A stretch of 64,000 nt of DNA from Trichosphaerium sp. ATCC 40318 (Eukaryota > Protista > Tubulinea): positions 48,922-112,921 of the forward strand of contig JALMLS010000307.1 of NCBI GenBank assembly GCA_038496445.1. Reading direction: 5' to 3'. A model generated the notes under the pieces. That model was not told the DNA's origin, did no database searches, and saw only the letters and a program-made list of their open reading frames with translations. This document shows positions 38,026-50,669 of the stretch, piece after piece. How positions within the stretch are numbered: position 1 is the first letter of the stretch; the number at the start of each line of letters is the position of its first letter. Position numbers and translations under genes: made by a program.

Positions 38026-38523
38026 AACTAAAACACTCAAAAACGTTATCTGAGCTAACTGCTATTGAAAAGGTGAGCCACTGGCGCTGCGACCAATTGT
38101 TAAGCAACATAGCCCACGTACACGCTCAAAAAGTATCAGTACCACAAAGCAGAGCAAGCAACCGCCTTCAGAAGCCTGAGACAAGGAGACCTGTGAACCA
38201 TTCTCATGAAATTGTAAAATCCAAAAGGGACACTCCAATCTGTCAAGATGTACAAAGAAAGAACGCCCAATTATCGGCTCATTTTATCAATATGTCACGT
38301 GACCCATTTTTGGTTATTTAAGGGAAAATAGAATGTGTTCCAATCACCCTACAGTGCTTACTGTATACTCCAAAACTATTGTGAGGCAAGAGTACCAAGC
38401 CAATTGTCCTGGGCTAGTGAGGAAAGTGAAATTTGTCAAACAGACAAAAAGTTTCAAGTCGTATTAATTCTTAAAACAGGGTACTGTTAGCAAGTCGCCA
38501 ACAACTCTACAAAACAAACAACC

Positions 38524-40608
38524 ATGGACTTAGAAAAGACATTAGAGCACAGAGTAGTAAAGACAGGCATCGTATGTACGATTGGTCCGGTGACAATGAG
38601 CGTAGACATGTTGTGCAAACTCATGCAAGCTGGCATGAACGTGTGCAGGCTCAATTTCTCTCACGGAACACACGACGTACTAGGCGTAACTTTTTAATTC
38701 AAAATATCTTACGAGGGTCTTGTAGTTCCATCAAAAATTGATCGATAATGTGCGAGAGGCGTCCAAGAAGACTAATATTTCGATAGCGTTAATGCTAGAC
38801 ACGAAAGGTCAAAAAAATAAGAAATCCATTTACTCCGCTTATTAACGCTTCCATTAGGTCCAGAAATTCGTACTTGCTACCTAGAAGACGATCCGGCCAC
38901 GAAAGAACCAAAAAAAGTCATTCTTTTGAAAAAAGGAAACAAATTTGTTTTCAAGACCGACCCTGCCTTCAAGGGTAACGAAAGTGGCGTAGCTGTAACA
39001 TACGACAAATTGCCATCTACAGTGAAAGTCGGTGGCATCATTCTAGTCGATGATGGCCTTATTTCATTCAAAGTTGACAAGGTGCGTCACATACCCGTTT
39101 TATGGCGCTGTGATGGCCACAGCTAAAAAGCCGTTACTGTACCTTTTATTTATTTAAAACTAATTTTGTGCTTCTTTTCCCTTCAGGTCACAGACACTGA
39201 GGTGCACACTACTATCATGAACTCTGGTGAGATTGGAAACCAAAAGGGCGTTAACCTTCCAGGCGTTGCTGTAGAGTTACCAGCTGTCACAGAAAAGGTA
39301 CAAAGCTTTTTCTTTATGTTGTTTGGCCTATTGTCTAACTTTTTTTTTTTTTTTCGTTCAGGACAAGAAAGATATTGCTTTTGGCGTAAAGAATAACGTA
39401 GATATGATTGCTGCTTCATTCATTCGTACTGGTGCCAATGTAGAAGAGATTAGGTGCGTACACTCTCTTTTTATCAAAACAGTTTTTTATGTTTGTCTGA
39501 TGCTACTCGCGGCTTGTATTTTACACTTGAGTACCTCCTAATTGTTAACATCGCTAACCTTGTTTGTTTTAGAAACTTACCTGGAGTACGTGACGCTAGT
39601 ATTCACATTGTCTCAAAAATTGAGAGTCAAGAAGGATTAGACAACTACGACGTACACTCCTTTTTCTTTTTTTGACAAAAACCAAAGTTTACTCACTTTT
39701 TCGTTCAGGAGATTTTGAAGGCTTCTGATGGTATCATGGTAGCCCGTGGCGATCTCGGTGTTGAAATCCCAATTGAGCGTGTCGCAAACGCACAAAAAAT
39801 GATGATTCGCGAGTGCAATCTTGTTGGCAAACCTGTCATCACAGCAACACAAATGTTGGATTCTATGATCGAATTCCCACGTCCTACTCGTGCTGAAGCT
39901 ACTGATGTAGCCAATGCCGTGTTTGATGGTACTGATTGTGTTATGTTGAGTGGTGAAACCGCAAAGGGTAAGTACCCTGTCGAGACTGTAACCATGATGA
40001 GAAAGATCTGCAAAGAAGCTGAGCAAGTAATTCAATACCGTAACTTGTACATGAGCCTCAGAAAGCAAGTCATCTACAAGACAAGTGGTGACATTAGCAT
40101 TTCCGAATCCATTGCTTCCTCTGCCGTTAAAACAAGCTGGGATCTACAAGTACGCATAACTTTGTGGTTCAAGTTTCTGTTTCTCAGTCAACTAACTCAA
40201 CTGTCTTAGGCAAGCCTTATTATTGTTCTCAGTGATTCTGGAAGCACTTGCCGATATGTATCCAAGTACAGGTACGCATGATTACAAACCGAAAAACAAG
40301 AATTCTAGTTCAGACTTTTTTTGCAAATCAACCCCTCTTTGTGCTGATTGTTTCGATTTAGACCTCACTGTCCTGTTCTCTGTATCACATCTACTGCAAA
40401 GACAGCCGCACAAGTTTTGTTGTCTAGGAGCGCTCAACCGTTCCTCGTACCTTCAATGCAGGATACTGAAGCTATCTTGAAGGCTGGTGTAGAATTTGCC
40501 AAAAAACAAGGCGTCGTCAAAGCTGGCGAAAAGATGGTTGTCACATCCGGCGTCATCTCTGGACTATCCGGCGGCACAAACATGATGCGTGTCATCTCGT
40601 GTGAATGA
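38524..40608 (+). CDS. pyk: Pyruvate kinase
   Basis: [10 protein letters not shown]; [12 protein letters not shown]; MLDTKGPEIR; KIESQEG; [15 protein letters not shown]; [16 protein letters not shown]; [10 protein letters not shown]. Confidence 0.98.
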
Positions 40609-40765
40609 TCACTTGTACAACAAAAAAAAAATTAAAAAGATTTCATTCACTGCTGCTGAGTCCAATTAAAAAAAAGTGGTGACCTACAAACAAAGCAACC
40701 ACCCTTGTTGATTTTTCTACAATTACATTATCCCTCCCTTTTGTACATGTAAAATAACGGGGCAA

Positions 40766-41439
40766 CTATGCGTCTTGCTGTGGGTCTGTACAAACTTGCT
40801 GTACTTGCTCTACCTATTGATAACAATCCAGATGAGTTGTCAAGTAACTAACGGACACTTTTTTAACTAACCTGCTCTACAAGTGTCTGTAATGCTTTTT
40901 GTGCTTCCTTGTGTGTCTTGTTTTCGGCAATGAGCCGTTTTTTAAGTTGAGTTTGTTCAGTACGTAACTATTTACGCGTTAGTACATCGCTAAGTGGCCG
41001 TTGCGTGCGTTTTTGAGCATTTCTTTTAGCTTTTGTTTTTCTTCCATCTTTTTAGCGTACTGTTGTGACTGTACTTCAGCTAATGGGTCTAGCGTAACAT
41101 CATCTGTTTGTGGTGACGTTTCGAGCCCTTTGAGCGCAATAAGCTTTTCATGTACTTGAAACGTTGCACATATTCTATCAAACTCTGCCTGACATATGTA
41201 TGAGGTGAAAGGGTGGTCGTATTGTAGAAAATAAAATCCGCGCCAAATGTACATGCCTCTGTGTTGCTAATACATTGTCCAGCAACCTGTTTTAATCCTT
41301 TAATGAACACTGCGCGATCTTTAGGTTTGACATGCTCAAAGAATTGCTTTGCCTCTTCTGGAGATGCCATTGGGTTGAAAATAACCTTTACATACGATAT
41401 TGCAAGTTTTCGTAGATTGGCATAGCGTTCCTCTTGCAT
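40766..41439 (-). CDS. Hypothetical coiled-coil protein (multi-exon)
   Basis: Exons MQEERYANLRK...NTEA|AEFDRICATF...KNA|..LQTLVEQ|VEQVQQVCTDPQQDA* are joined by GT-AG introns. Confidence 0.6.
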
Positions 41440-41536
41440 TGTGGCGTGTTTTTTTGGATCATGTTTTTCAAATTTGGTCAGAAAGTGTATACACTTTTTT
41501 TTTTCGAATTACGTTCTCTAAAATTAACGAAACCAA

Positions 41537-43135
41537 ATGGACGGCGCACTACCTCCTCATTTAAGACCTGTCAAACGGTTTTTATCCTGTGCAAAGTCTG
41601 TAGAGAAGCATGAGCCCATTGTAGCTCACTTTTTACGGTACTACGCCGCTCAGGTTGGTCTACAGTTACGTAAATCAAAAGATGATGAAGGGTTCCTCCT
41701 TGGTATTATAAACGCGTTGGAGGAGGTTGTGGCGCTGTAATTATCCTTCAATTAACTGATTTTAGTCTAAACCGCTCGTAAAAGACGTAAACGGCCAGGA
41801 ACACCTACAAAATTTCGCATTGCGCGTATTTAAAATAGCAGATGATCAAGGTATTGACGAATTTCACATGTTTTTGAGAACATCCTCCGTTGACCCGTTT
41901 CTACCGTTTGTCAACAAACTAACGCCTTGTGCCCTATAGACAGATCTGGTAATGCTACAAGAGACACAGCAAAAAGCTTCTTACATGCGTCATGCTTCTT
42001 GGATGCGCTCAAGCAGTTTGACGGTGAAATATCAGCTGAGGTTCGTCTCAAACATTTGCTTTTTTTTGGTTTTTTTTTCGTCCTTACCGTCTTTAAGATC
42101 ACCACGATGCAAAAATATGCCAAGTATCGTGCTATGGAGATAACACAAGCCATTAAGAGAGGAGAAAAGCCTTCCCCACGTGCGTCTCACGTGAAATTTT
42201 TTTTATTGCAATTGTGGAAATGAAATTGCTTACAGGATTGCTTAGCGCCACAGTCGGATCCACCACCTCAAGATGAGTCACTAACAGGACTTGGTTCAGA
42301 GCCATCTGTAGCTCCTGTATCTAACGGCGTAGACGACATGTTCCCATCTCCACCTAGCGCAAGTGTGCCATCTCCTCAATCCACTCAATCCTCTCAATCC
42401 ACTCAACCACCATCTGGCAACTCCTCTTTACCTGATGTACCAACGATGGATATGCCTAGTCAAGGTTTTGGAGGATCGAACGATACCCCAATGCATGATT
42501 TTAATTTCCCATCGACACCTATGGATATGCCAGCACAACAGCAAGTGAACCAGAATCGTCAATCTAACCAACCGACAATACCAAATCAACAGCAATTCCA
42601 ACAGAATGGCAACAACACCCAACCATCGCCTACAAATCAATTTAACCGACAACCTACCCAACAGCCTCCACCCACACAACAACGGTTTGGGCAACAACAA
42701 AATCAACGACCTCCTCAACAACCAACTCAGCAACAGCAACTCGATGAAATGGATAAACAATTGAAACAACTGAATCAACAACTTGACAAAGTCAATCAAC
42801 AACCACCGCCACAGCAACCCCAGAGACAAAACCAAAACCAAAACCAAATGCAAAATACGAGAAACACGTCGTTTGGAAATACACAACAACCACAACAACA
42901 ACGACAACAGTATCAATCACAGCAACAGCAACCGCCACAACGACAACAACAACAACAATACCAACAAGATGCACAAGTTGGATCGTACAAGCCTGAAGTG
43001 ATGGCCATGTTGGAAGCACAAAAAAAGTCCAAGTACATTACTAGTGCTTTGCAATTTGATGACGTTGAAACAGCCATCAAGATACTCAAAGAATGTCTTA
43101 CTTTGCTTACAAATAAACAAGTGATTTTGAATTAA
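41537..43135 (+). CDS. VTA1: Vacuolar protein sorting-associated VTA1 (ESCRT/Vps4 cofactor)
   Basis: N-terminal MIT region EPIVAHFLRYYAAQ, FKIADDQD, KYAKYRA; P/Q-rich linker; C-terminal VSL domain AQKKSKYITSALQFDDVETAI. Confidence 0.92.
42530..42970 (+). repeat. Gln/Asn/Pro-rich coding microsatellite (CAA-rich) in the VTA1 linker
   Basis: caacaacaa and caaaac runs. Confidence 0.8.
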
Positions 43136-43249
43136 TCAAAATTATCACAAAACAAAGAAAACCATAAACCACATCACGTGATTAACAAATAATTTAATAA
43201 TTTTCGAAATGAGTAAAAATAATACGACTGATATTCTAGAAAAGTATAG

Positions 43250-44738
43250 TTACACTTCCTCCAGTACTACAGATTTGACATTGCCATCATCACTAAAAAA
43301 CGGAGTAAGCAGGCTGACGTTGAAGAAAGTAGTACACAAAAAAGAAAAAAGCGTACTCTTTTTCTGAAGAAAGGACGTTGTAAGTGACTCCAGGAAGGAG
43401 GTACGCTTTAAGTGCAGCAGCCTTAGCTCCAGTTTTGGTAAATGCGGCTGTAGCTACTCTTCTAGGGAGAATAGATACCCTGACAAGAGAGGAGGGAATA
43501 CTCTGTACGGCACGTACTGTGCCTCGCCCTACCAAATCTCCTGTAGAAAACACTGTGGATACAAATTGCTGTCCAGATCCAAATGCAAACTGATTAACTA
43601 TATCATGTGGCATTGTTGTCAGTATCTCAACAGACGGGCCAAAAATATCTACACTTCTTTTATGTAGTGCCTCTGAGGCTACGCGGAGCAAGGATGGAGA
43701 ATCAGGATACGCATAACTTTTCACGATAGACTTTGTGAGTGCCTTGTTCAGCTTTGTCATTGCTTTCATGTCGTTGTCCAACCACATTAAAATAGCAATG
43801 TCATCAGTTGAGTACTTGTCAAAAGCCTTCCATACACGCCATTCCTTGCTACCTCCACGTCTTAATCTTGATTTGTGTTTCGCAATCCTCATGAACTGTT
43901 CTGCGCTCTCATATAGCGCTGTACCTTCTGCCCTACCGCGTGCATTGATTAGAATTGGTTTGGCAACTCTAGCTTGTCCGTAGAATATGCGGTAGAGGTT
44001 AGAATAGATCCGAGCGCCATGTCTTCGCGCACTCTGCACTACTGATGCTTTCATGAGCTTTATTGCGGCGCTGCCAGCACGCTTGCTTGCCAGCGTGAGC
44101 GGAACAACAGCGCGCTGTGTGCCCATGCGCAAAGGAATAGATAGAGCGCCCAACACTGGCTTGAGCAGCTTGGACAAGGTGGCATACGGGACGAACAGCT
44201 CCAAGAAGAATTGACCTACAGCGTCGTGTTTTGTCGTGCCAGTATAGATGCATTTGGATCTACCGTCCGCGAGGGTAACGAAACGCTCGATTAAAGTATT
44301 ACACTGATCCTCGGATGTTGGCCATGCACAGTACTCTCCAACACGCTTTGTACCAGACTTGCACCTAAAGGAGCAAGTGTCTTCAGCTTCAGCCAAGTAT
44401 TCAGCAGTCGTGATGGATATAGCCTTTCCATAGAGCGTTCTACGCAATTCAAGAATGTATTTGTTGCTTCTCCACTTATTCTGGGAGATTTTGTGCAACG
44501 TTACCAAAGATTGCTTTTGGGCGAACCCTGGCGTGCTATCAAATACCCACATTTTAATTGTATCTGCTTTTTCGTGTATTTCCTCCGCTCTGTGCCGAAT
44601 AAAGCGCCCGGTATTCTCCCACGTTGCATCTACCCTAGCAAAGCATTTGTATACCATCTCTCCAGGTGCAGGCTGTCCACTACCGCTACTAAAACACAGA
44701 ACAAAGCTTACAACAGCCACAACGAATGAAAAATTCAT
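43250..44738 (-). CDS. Secreted protein with Cys-rich region and C-terminal degenerate ADP-ribosyltransferase-like domain
   Basis: Signal peptide MNFSFVVAVVSFVLCFSSGSG (ATG 44738), one long exon, then a single intron near the 3' end giving ...AYLLPGVTYNVLSSEKD|DDGNVKSVVLEEV*. The ART-fold resemblance was recognised by eye. Confidence 0.6.
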
Positions 44739-44876
44739 CGTGGGCGTGTTGTGTCGTAACTCGGGATGTTGCGAGAAATAATACAAAAATTTCCTTTTTT
44801 GTAAAATCCTGTTTCATTCATTGATTCATACACGATATTACACATTTTCATAGACGCTGTATGGTTGCAAGGTAGC

Positions 44877-46003
44877 CTAAGCATTTACATTTTTTATGAA
44901 TGATTTTGCTTTCACATTCCATTTTTTATGTTGCACATAAGTGTCAGGCTGCATTTCAATGTCATCAAGTTCCTTTTGTGTCAGTTTAGACTGACTGTGT
45001 ATGGTACATTTAGATAATAAACGATCAGCTTCTACCCTTGTGGTGCTATTCGTTCCAAATAATTGACTACGATAGGGTGAGGATCCACTTTAATAAATCA
45101 TAATAACAAAATCATGCTTGAGTTGCAACGTACTTGGTGTGGTGACCACTTCGCGCTGTGTTGTAAGGTGTCTCTTGAGGTCGTATGTACCAGTTTATTT
45201 CTACAAGGCATTTCTTGCCGTTTGGTTGTTGTAATATGCGTGTTATACGTCCAATTTTAAATAGTTGCCCTGATAATACACAGTGGTTACACAAAGGGAA
45301 GAATTCGTAAAAAAAAGTTTTGACATTTAACGCACCGTCCTCGTCAGGTTTTATATACACGTCATCAAAGACGTAGTATACAACGTTATTCACTGTGACT
45401 GTATCAAGTACAGATGGACCTCTCTTCAGCTTCTTCTTTGGTCTTCCAGATTTGACGACTACAGCATCCGAGCTACTTGACAGTCTTTGGGTCTTCTTCT
45501 CTATGTAATCATTGAGTACACCTATACTACGTTTCACGCCCTTGTTTGGCGTAAACCGAGAAACAGGGCGAGCATCTACATCGGCATCTGCAGCGTCCTC
45601 TAATGATAACAACAATGCGGTTAACACAACCATCACGTAGGCAGTACAAAAGTCTGAAGGTACCTAACCCTGCCGATGCGAACGGATCTTCGATGTGCGT
45701 AGTTTCAAGGGGTTCTTCTTCTTTGGCGAGGTCATCACCGACTGTAATTTGATTGAAAACCATCATGTTAGTTAACGTCAAAATTATGCGTTGGAAAACG
45801 GTTTGAAACTAAAACGTACGTTCTGGACCTAATGGATCACACTCTAGCGACTGGGAGAATGGATCATCTTCATCAGCACTCACTTCTTCCGCTTCTGTAA
45901 CCGTTTCACCTTTAGTTGCATCATCAACAGGCTTTACAGGCGTAGGTGGTGGTTTATTTACTGGTTCGTCTTGGTCTGAACAACTTTGCTTAGAAAAACG
46001 CAT
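44877..46003 (-). CDS. BAH-domain protein (multi-exon)
   Basis: YYVFDDVYIKPD...FKIGRITRI...VEINWYIRPQET..., then LFGTNSTTRVEADRLLSKCTI. The N-terminus is acidic and the start is uncertain. Confidence 0.75.
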
Positions 46004-46376
46004 TTAAACTTGAACTTGCCTTGAACCAGCTTTAACAGCTCCGGACCACTACAAAATGACTTTGTTTTGCTCATTTAACGATCTAAGACTAAACAGTATA
46101 TTACCACCTCTAATAATCTACCTGTGGTTGTAATTACTAGAATTTTAGCGTTTTGTAACGTTTTTAACTAGTTTGAACGGCTTTGAAGGTAGTTTTTTTT
46201 TTGCGCTTTTTTTTTCTGAAATGTGGTGAACACAAGTAACTTCAAGTCGTTTCGTGTCAATCACTTTTACACAAAGTGAACACCCCATTAGCATTGGCGT
46301 CGTTTAAAAACCACGTGGTTTTTCTGGGTTGTTATTGGCTCGCGCAATCGCATCATAAACGCGACCCACGGCACCA

Positions 46377-49300
46377 ATGGCCAAAAGAGACAAGTTATTC
46401 GATTATGTGCTCGTTGTAGCGCTTGATAAAGAGGGAGGTAATGTCAAATGGAAAATCTGTTCAGGTTATCACTCACTATATTGCAATGTTTGTTTAGAGG
46501 CGTATACACCAAAAGTCACATATCAGTTTCCGCCTATAGGTCCTACAAAGAAGGGACGCTCAGTATCAGACGATGTTGTTAAATTTTGCTTTCCTGAGAT
46601 TTCAGACAGGGACACTACAGAGAATCTATTCAAGTACGGTACCATTGGAATTTATTACTACAATTGTAAAACAAAGTGCTTTTTTTTTTTTTTTTTTTGA
46701 AGTTATGGTGGACTAAAAAAATCACGTGCGCTTGCTAACGACACTCGTCGTGTTTGGATTTAATAACTTACTCGCGTATTTATTTTTCTATATTGCCTGG
46801 TTTCCGAAAAAAACTTGTATTGCACAGGCGATGCGGTGTATGACTCGCTACAACCTACTAATGCTATTTTTTTTAAAATGTTAGGCAAAATGGCTGCGAA
46901 ACGTTCTCTTTTACATTAACGGAAAGTGACAGTTCCAAGCGGTTTGGTTACTGCAGGCGCTTCCTAGGGAAAAATTGCGAATGCTTCTGCTTACTTAGTT
47001 TTTTGTGCGTTGCTTGTTTGTACTACCAAGACGACACGTGCTTTTGCCTAACCCTAGTTTTTTTTTCTATTATAGCCCTTCATTTTCACTTTTTTCGGCA
47101 ATACTGGATTGCGTTGAGGAGAGACGGATGGAAGGTAAGGCAGCTGTATTCACCTTCTTGCGAGCGGTGCGTGTGATACATTAATAGTTGAATGGCTAAC
47201 CATGTGACGTAGATACTGGCCCAACCTATTCCAGGTAAGTGATTTTGGATGGATCACAATTATTGTACGGTTCTAACGCATGCATAAAAAGGCCCTGGAG
47301 AGACTGTAGAACTTAAAGTATTTTCCACAACGTACGAAAAAAAAAATATTACCACGCCATGTGCCACAATCCATAAATCATCGTCACAATATATACAAAT
47401 AGAGCTTCAGAAGGCATGGACACATATACATTCAACAGGGCAGATAATGCCTATGAACATCTTGATTATGTACGTTCAACAACATCCACGTTCAACGACA
47501 TCCAAAGGACAACAAATCCGGTTTTATGGCTGTTTTGATTCTTTTGTTAATATTACTACTATCAGGTTTCATTCTACCCGCTGTGCAGGCGGGTGTCTGT
47601 TGAGAAGATATTATTTTTGTTTGAGAGCCTCTTATTTGAACGCCGTATAATCGTCATGGCAAAGGTAAAAAACACACCCTCAGTTCCCATCCTACGTCCT
47701 TACTTACAACTCTCTAAAAGACACTTGCAACACTATCATCGTGTGTACACGCAATCACAGCACTGGTACATCCATTCACATGGCAGGTATGCGCCTCACA
47801 CATATGGTTTTCTCGCTTTTCTTTTTTTTACAAATTTCGTGATATTTATTGTTTTGTTGTTATGTTTGGTTGCATTCATTCAAACAAATTAATAATAACA
47901 CCTTGTGTAGCACATTTTTATACCTATTCTACCAGTGTCTCTGATAAGCTATTGCTGTGCGCCAATGCCGTTTATAGGTATACTACAAAATTTTTATTAT
48001 AGTTGTTATAGCACGTGGAGAGCAAGTTGTTGTTAATATTATTATTTAAATAGTTGGGTTGTTGGCGTCTTCACAGTCAGCGCTTGATGAGCTTCCAATA
48101 GAAGAATGTGTCATTATAAATTTAGATACTGGTAATTTCACGAGCAAACCAGTATTTACTGGATCACTACCTCAGAGCGAGTTTGACACGTTGAAGCAAT
48201 CACTCAAACTTTTCACTGGAGAAAAAAAGAAAAAGATGAATGAAAACTCAAAACAATTCTCACTCCGCATCACACAATGCTTCCTTAGATTTTTCGCCTC
48301 AATCTTTTCAGAATATACAATGTATTTTAAGAGCGGTAAATTTGATCGGGATGCCTTCATCAAATCACGAACTGGACCAGCCGCAAAGGTACACACTCAA
48401 TATTCCTTTTTTTTTTTTTTGGATCAAAATGAAGAGTTGACAGTGTTTTGTTTCATTTCAGTTTCTTGAAGCCTTTGGTGCTGCACAAATGTTCGAAATG
48501 TTTATATATGATAGAGAGAACGTTGTTCAGAGGTAACACAAACACGTGTCCTTTTAATTATTTTGAGGCTAACAAAGATAAACTTTTAGTGGAAGGAATT
48601 TGTCAACATTTTGTACACTAGCAGACCCAGACATTAAATTCATAGAAGAGCGCGTAGAAAAAGCGCTAGAAACGTGCGTCTCAGATCAATTTTGTAACAA
48701 TCTATTAACATACATGGCACGTAGGGAAAGAGTAGAGGTAAAATTGGTGAAAAAACAGAACAAGTTTGGGAAGAATGGGTTTAAGAGCTTGTTCAAAAAA
48801 TCTAAAAAGAGAGGCACAATAGAAAATCTTTCTGCCTCAGCTCCTGATAACGGGAATCACTTTTCTGCAGCACACGATAGACGCCAAACAATAGGCGATC
48901 CGACGTTTTATAATCAAGGTATAGCGAACATCTAGTCACGTGTTTTTCACGTTAGAGTGTGCAAGAAAAACCTTGACAACATTATTATAGGTGATGGTCC
49001 GCCATCTCCATCTGCACCTAGACACAATAGGAGGTCACATAAAAAGCTACCAAATGAAACTGGATCGCTGTCATCAGCATCTTTCAGGAAACGCACAACA
49101 GGCGCTCTTCAAGGGTAACTCTCACCGTTTTGTTTTTTCCCTTCGTTTTCTTTTACATAGTGAGCGTGTGGCATCAACTAATCGTGTATTTGTCAAAAGC
49201 GAACCGACATTCAGACAAAAAGAGAACGGTAAAGAAAAGCAGTATTACAGGCACTCCATTATGGGTGGTCGAGACTTGTTTAAAAAGTATGTACACTCAC

Positions 49301-50142
49301 CCTACTTATTGTGCTCACAGTTCGTGCGTAGCATTCAAGCTGCGAATAAAGCCGCTGAGGAGGCTGAAGAGCAAGCCAAAGCGGATGCAAACAATTATGA
49401 TTTGGCTAAAGAGGAGGATGCACCAACGTTTTCATTGCAAGCCGGATCAGGGCGAGACACAAATCCGAGGACAAGGCACAAGAAGTCTTTCTCATTGGCA
49501 CCCGGCATGCTTGTATCTACACCGTACGACCCCAGTCTTTAGAGCCAGCAATTGCGTTGTCTGTTAACAGATGAGGGATATAGGCCAAAGCGGAATAAGA
49601 AGCAGCGAGGGCAGTTCATCGGTGCAAGCAGGACTAAATCAACAGGAAGCCTGCCAGCAGACAATGGAAGCAATGGTACAGGAAAGAGTCACAAACCTCT
49701 GCCAGTTCCTAAGGGCAGGAAATCTCGGTTTAACATTGTACGTGCGTTACAACTATAATATTTTTGGTTGGCTTGGATTCAAGATTAACCAATTTCGGCT
49801 GTTTTTTTCATTTAACTAAATGCAAACCGTTATTGATCAACTGTAGACAAACAGATCTGCTAATGGCTCAGTAATGTCGAAGAGCGCTCCGGAGACTCTA
49901 GTAAGTATTACTAAAAAGGCTTTTCGGACAAATTGTCAGTTTTTGGGTTGTCCTACATACTGGATCTGGTGTAGGAATTCTTAGAGTTAGCAAACTTTGT
50001 GTAGCGCTCTAACGCTTGATTTTAGGGACCTTCTACATCTTTAAGCAGGTCTACAAGTCCGAGCAAACGTAACAGTCAAAAGCGACCAAAAAAACGCGCG
50101 CCACCAGTGCCTACTAAGAAATCATCGCGAGCCCACCACTAG
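46377..50142 (+). CDS. DENN domain protein (DENND1/2-like Rab GEF)
   Basis: LFDYVLVV; VVKFCFP; ETFSFTLTESDSSKRFGYCRR; LFESLLFERRII; LVYPFTWQHIFIPILP; YCCAPMPFIVG; FLRFF; FLEAFGAAQMFEMFI. Confidence 0.9.
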
Positions 50143-50669
50143 AGAAATAACCGCAGACTTTTTTTGTAACCGGGAAGCGCCCCGCAGTAATACTTTGTAA
50201 AATAAGGCAAAAAGGAGCGCAGGGCCCATTAATAAACCAATACAAACGGAGAAGTAAATCCTCTTGACCTACTGTCGCTACGTTATATTTTTCCTGAGTA
50301 AATTCCAATTAGCGTCTGATTTTAGAACGTGTTCACACCTAAGGTGTACACAAAGGCCAATTAAAGTCAACATAAAAGTATTTGATTGCGCGGACAAAAG
50401 CTTTCATGGTAGTAAAGTTGTTACGCACTGCTCTTTTTTAGTAGTGCGTAGAATTTGTATGAATTATCAACAAAATTGACCTTTCTCCAATTGTGTACAG
50501 CGCAGGCGACAACAAATTACCGCTCTCGATACAATCCCACGCAGTAACACGGTACGCTACCTTTTCAATAGAACACCGCGCTTGCTAAGACCAACCGTAT
50601 CTCTTTTCTACTATCGCAGTGCGTTCATATATATCACGCTGACACTCGCTAGCGATTAAATAACGCATT

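Noticed and set aside
42428-43120. Hydrophobic Leu/Val-rich minus-strand ORFs
   Set aside because: Reverse complement of the CAA-rich VTA1 linker.
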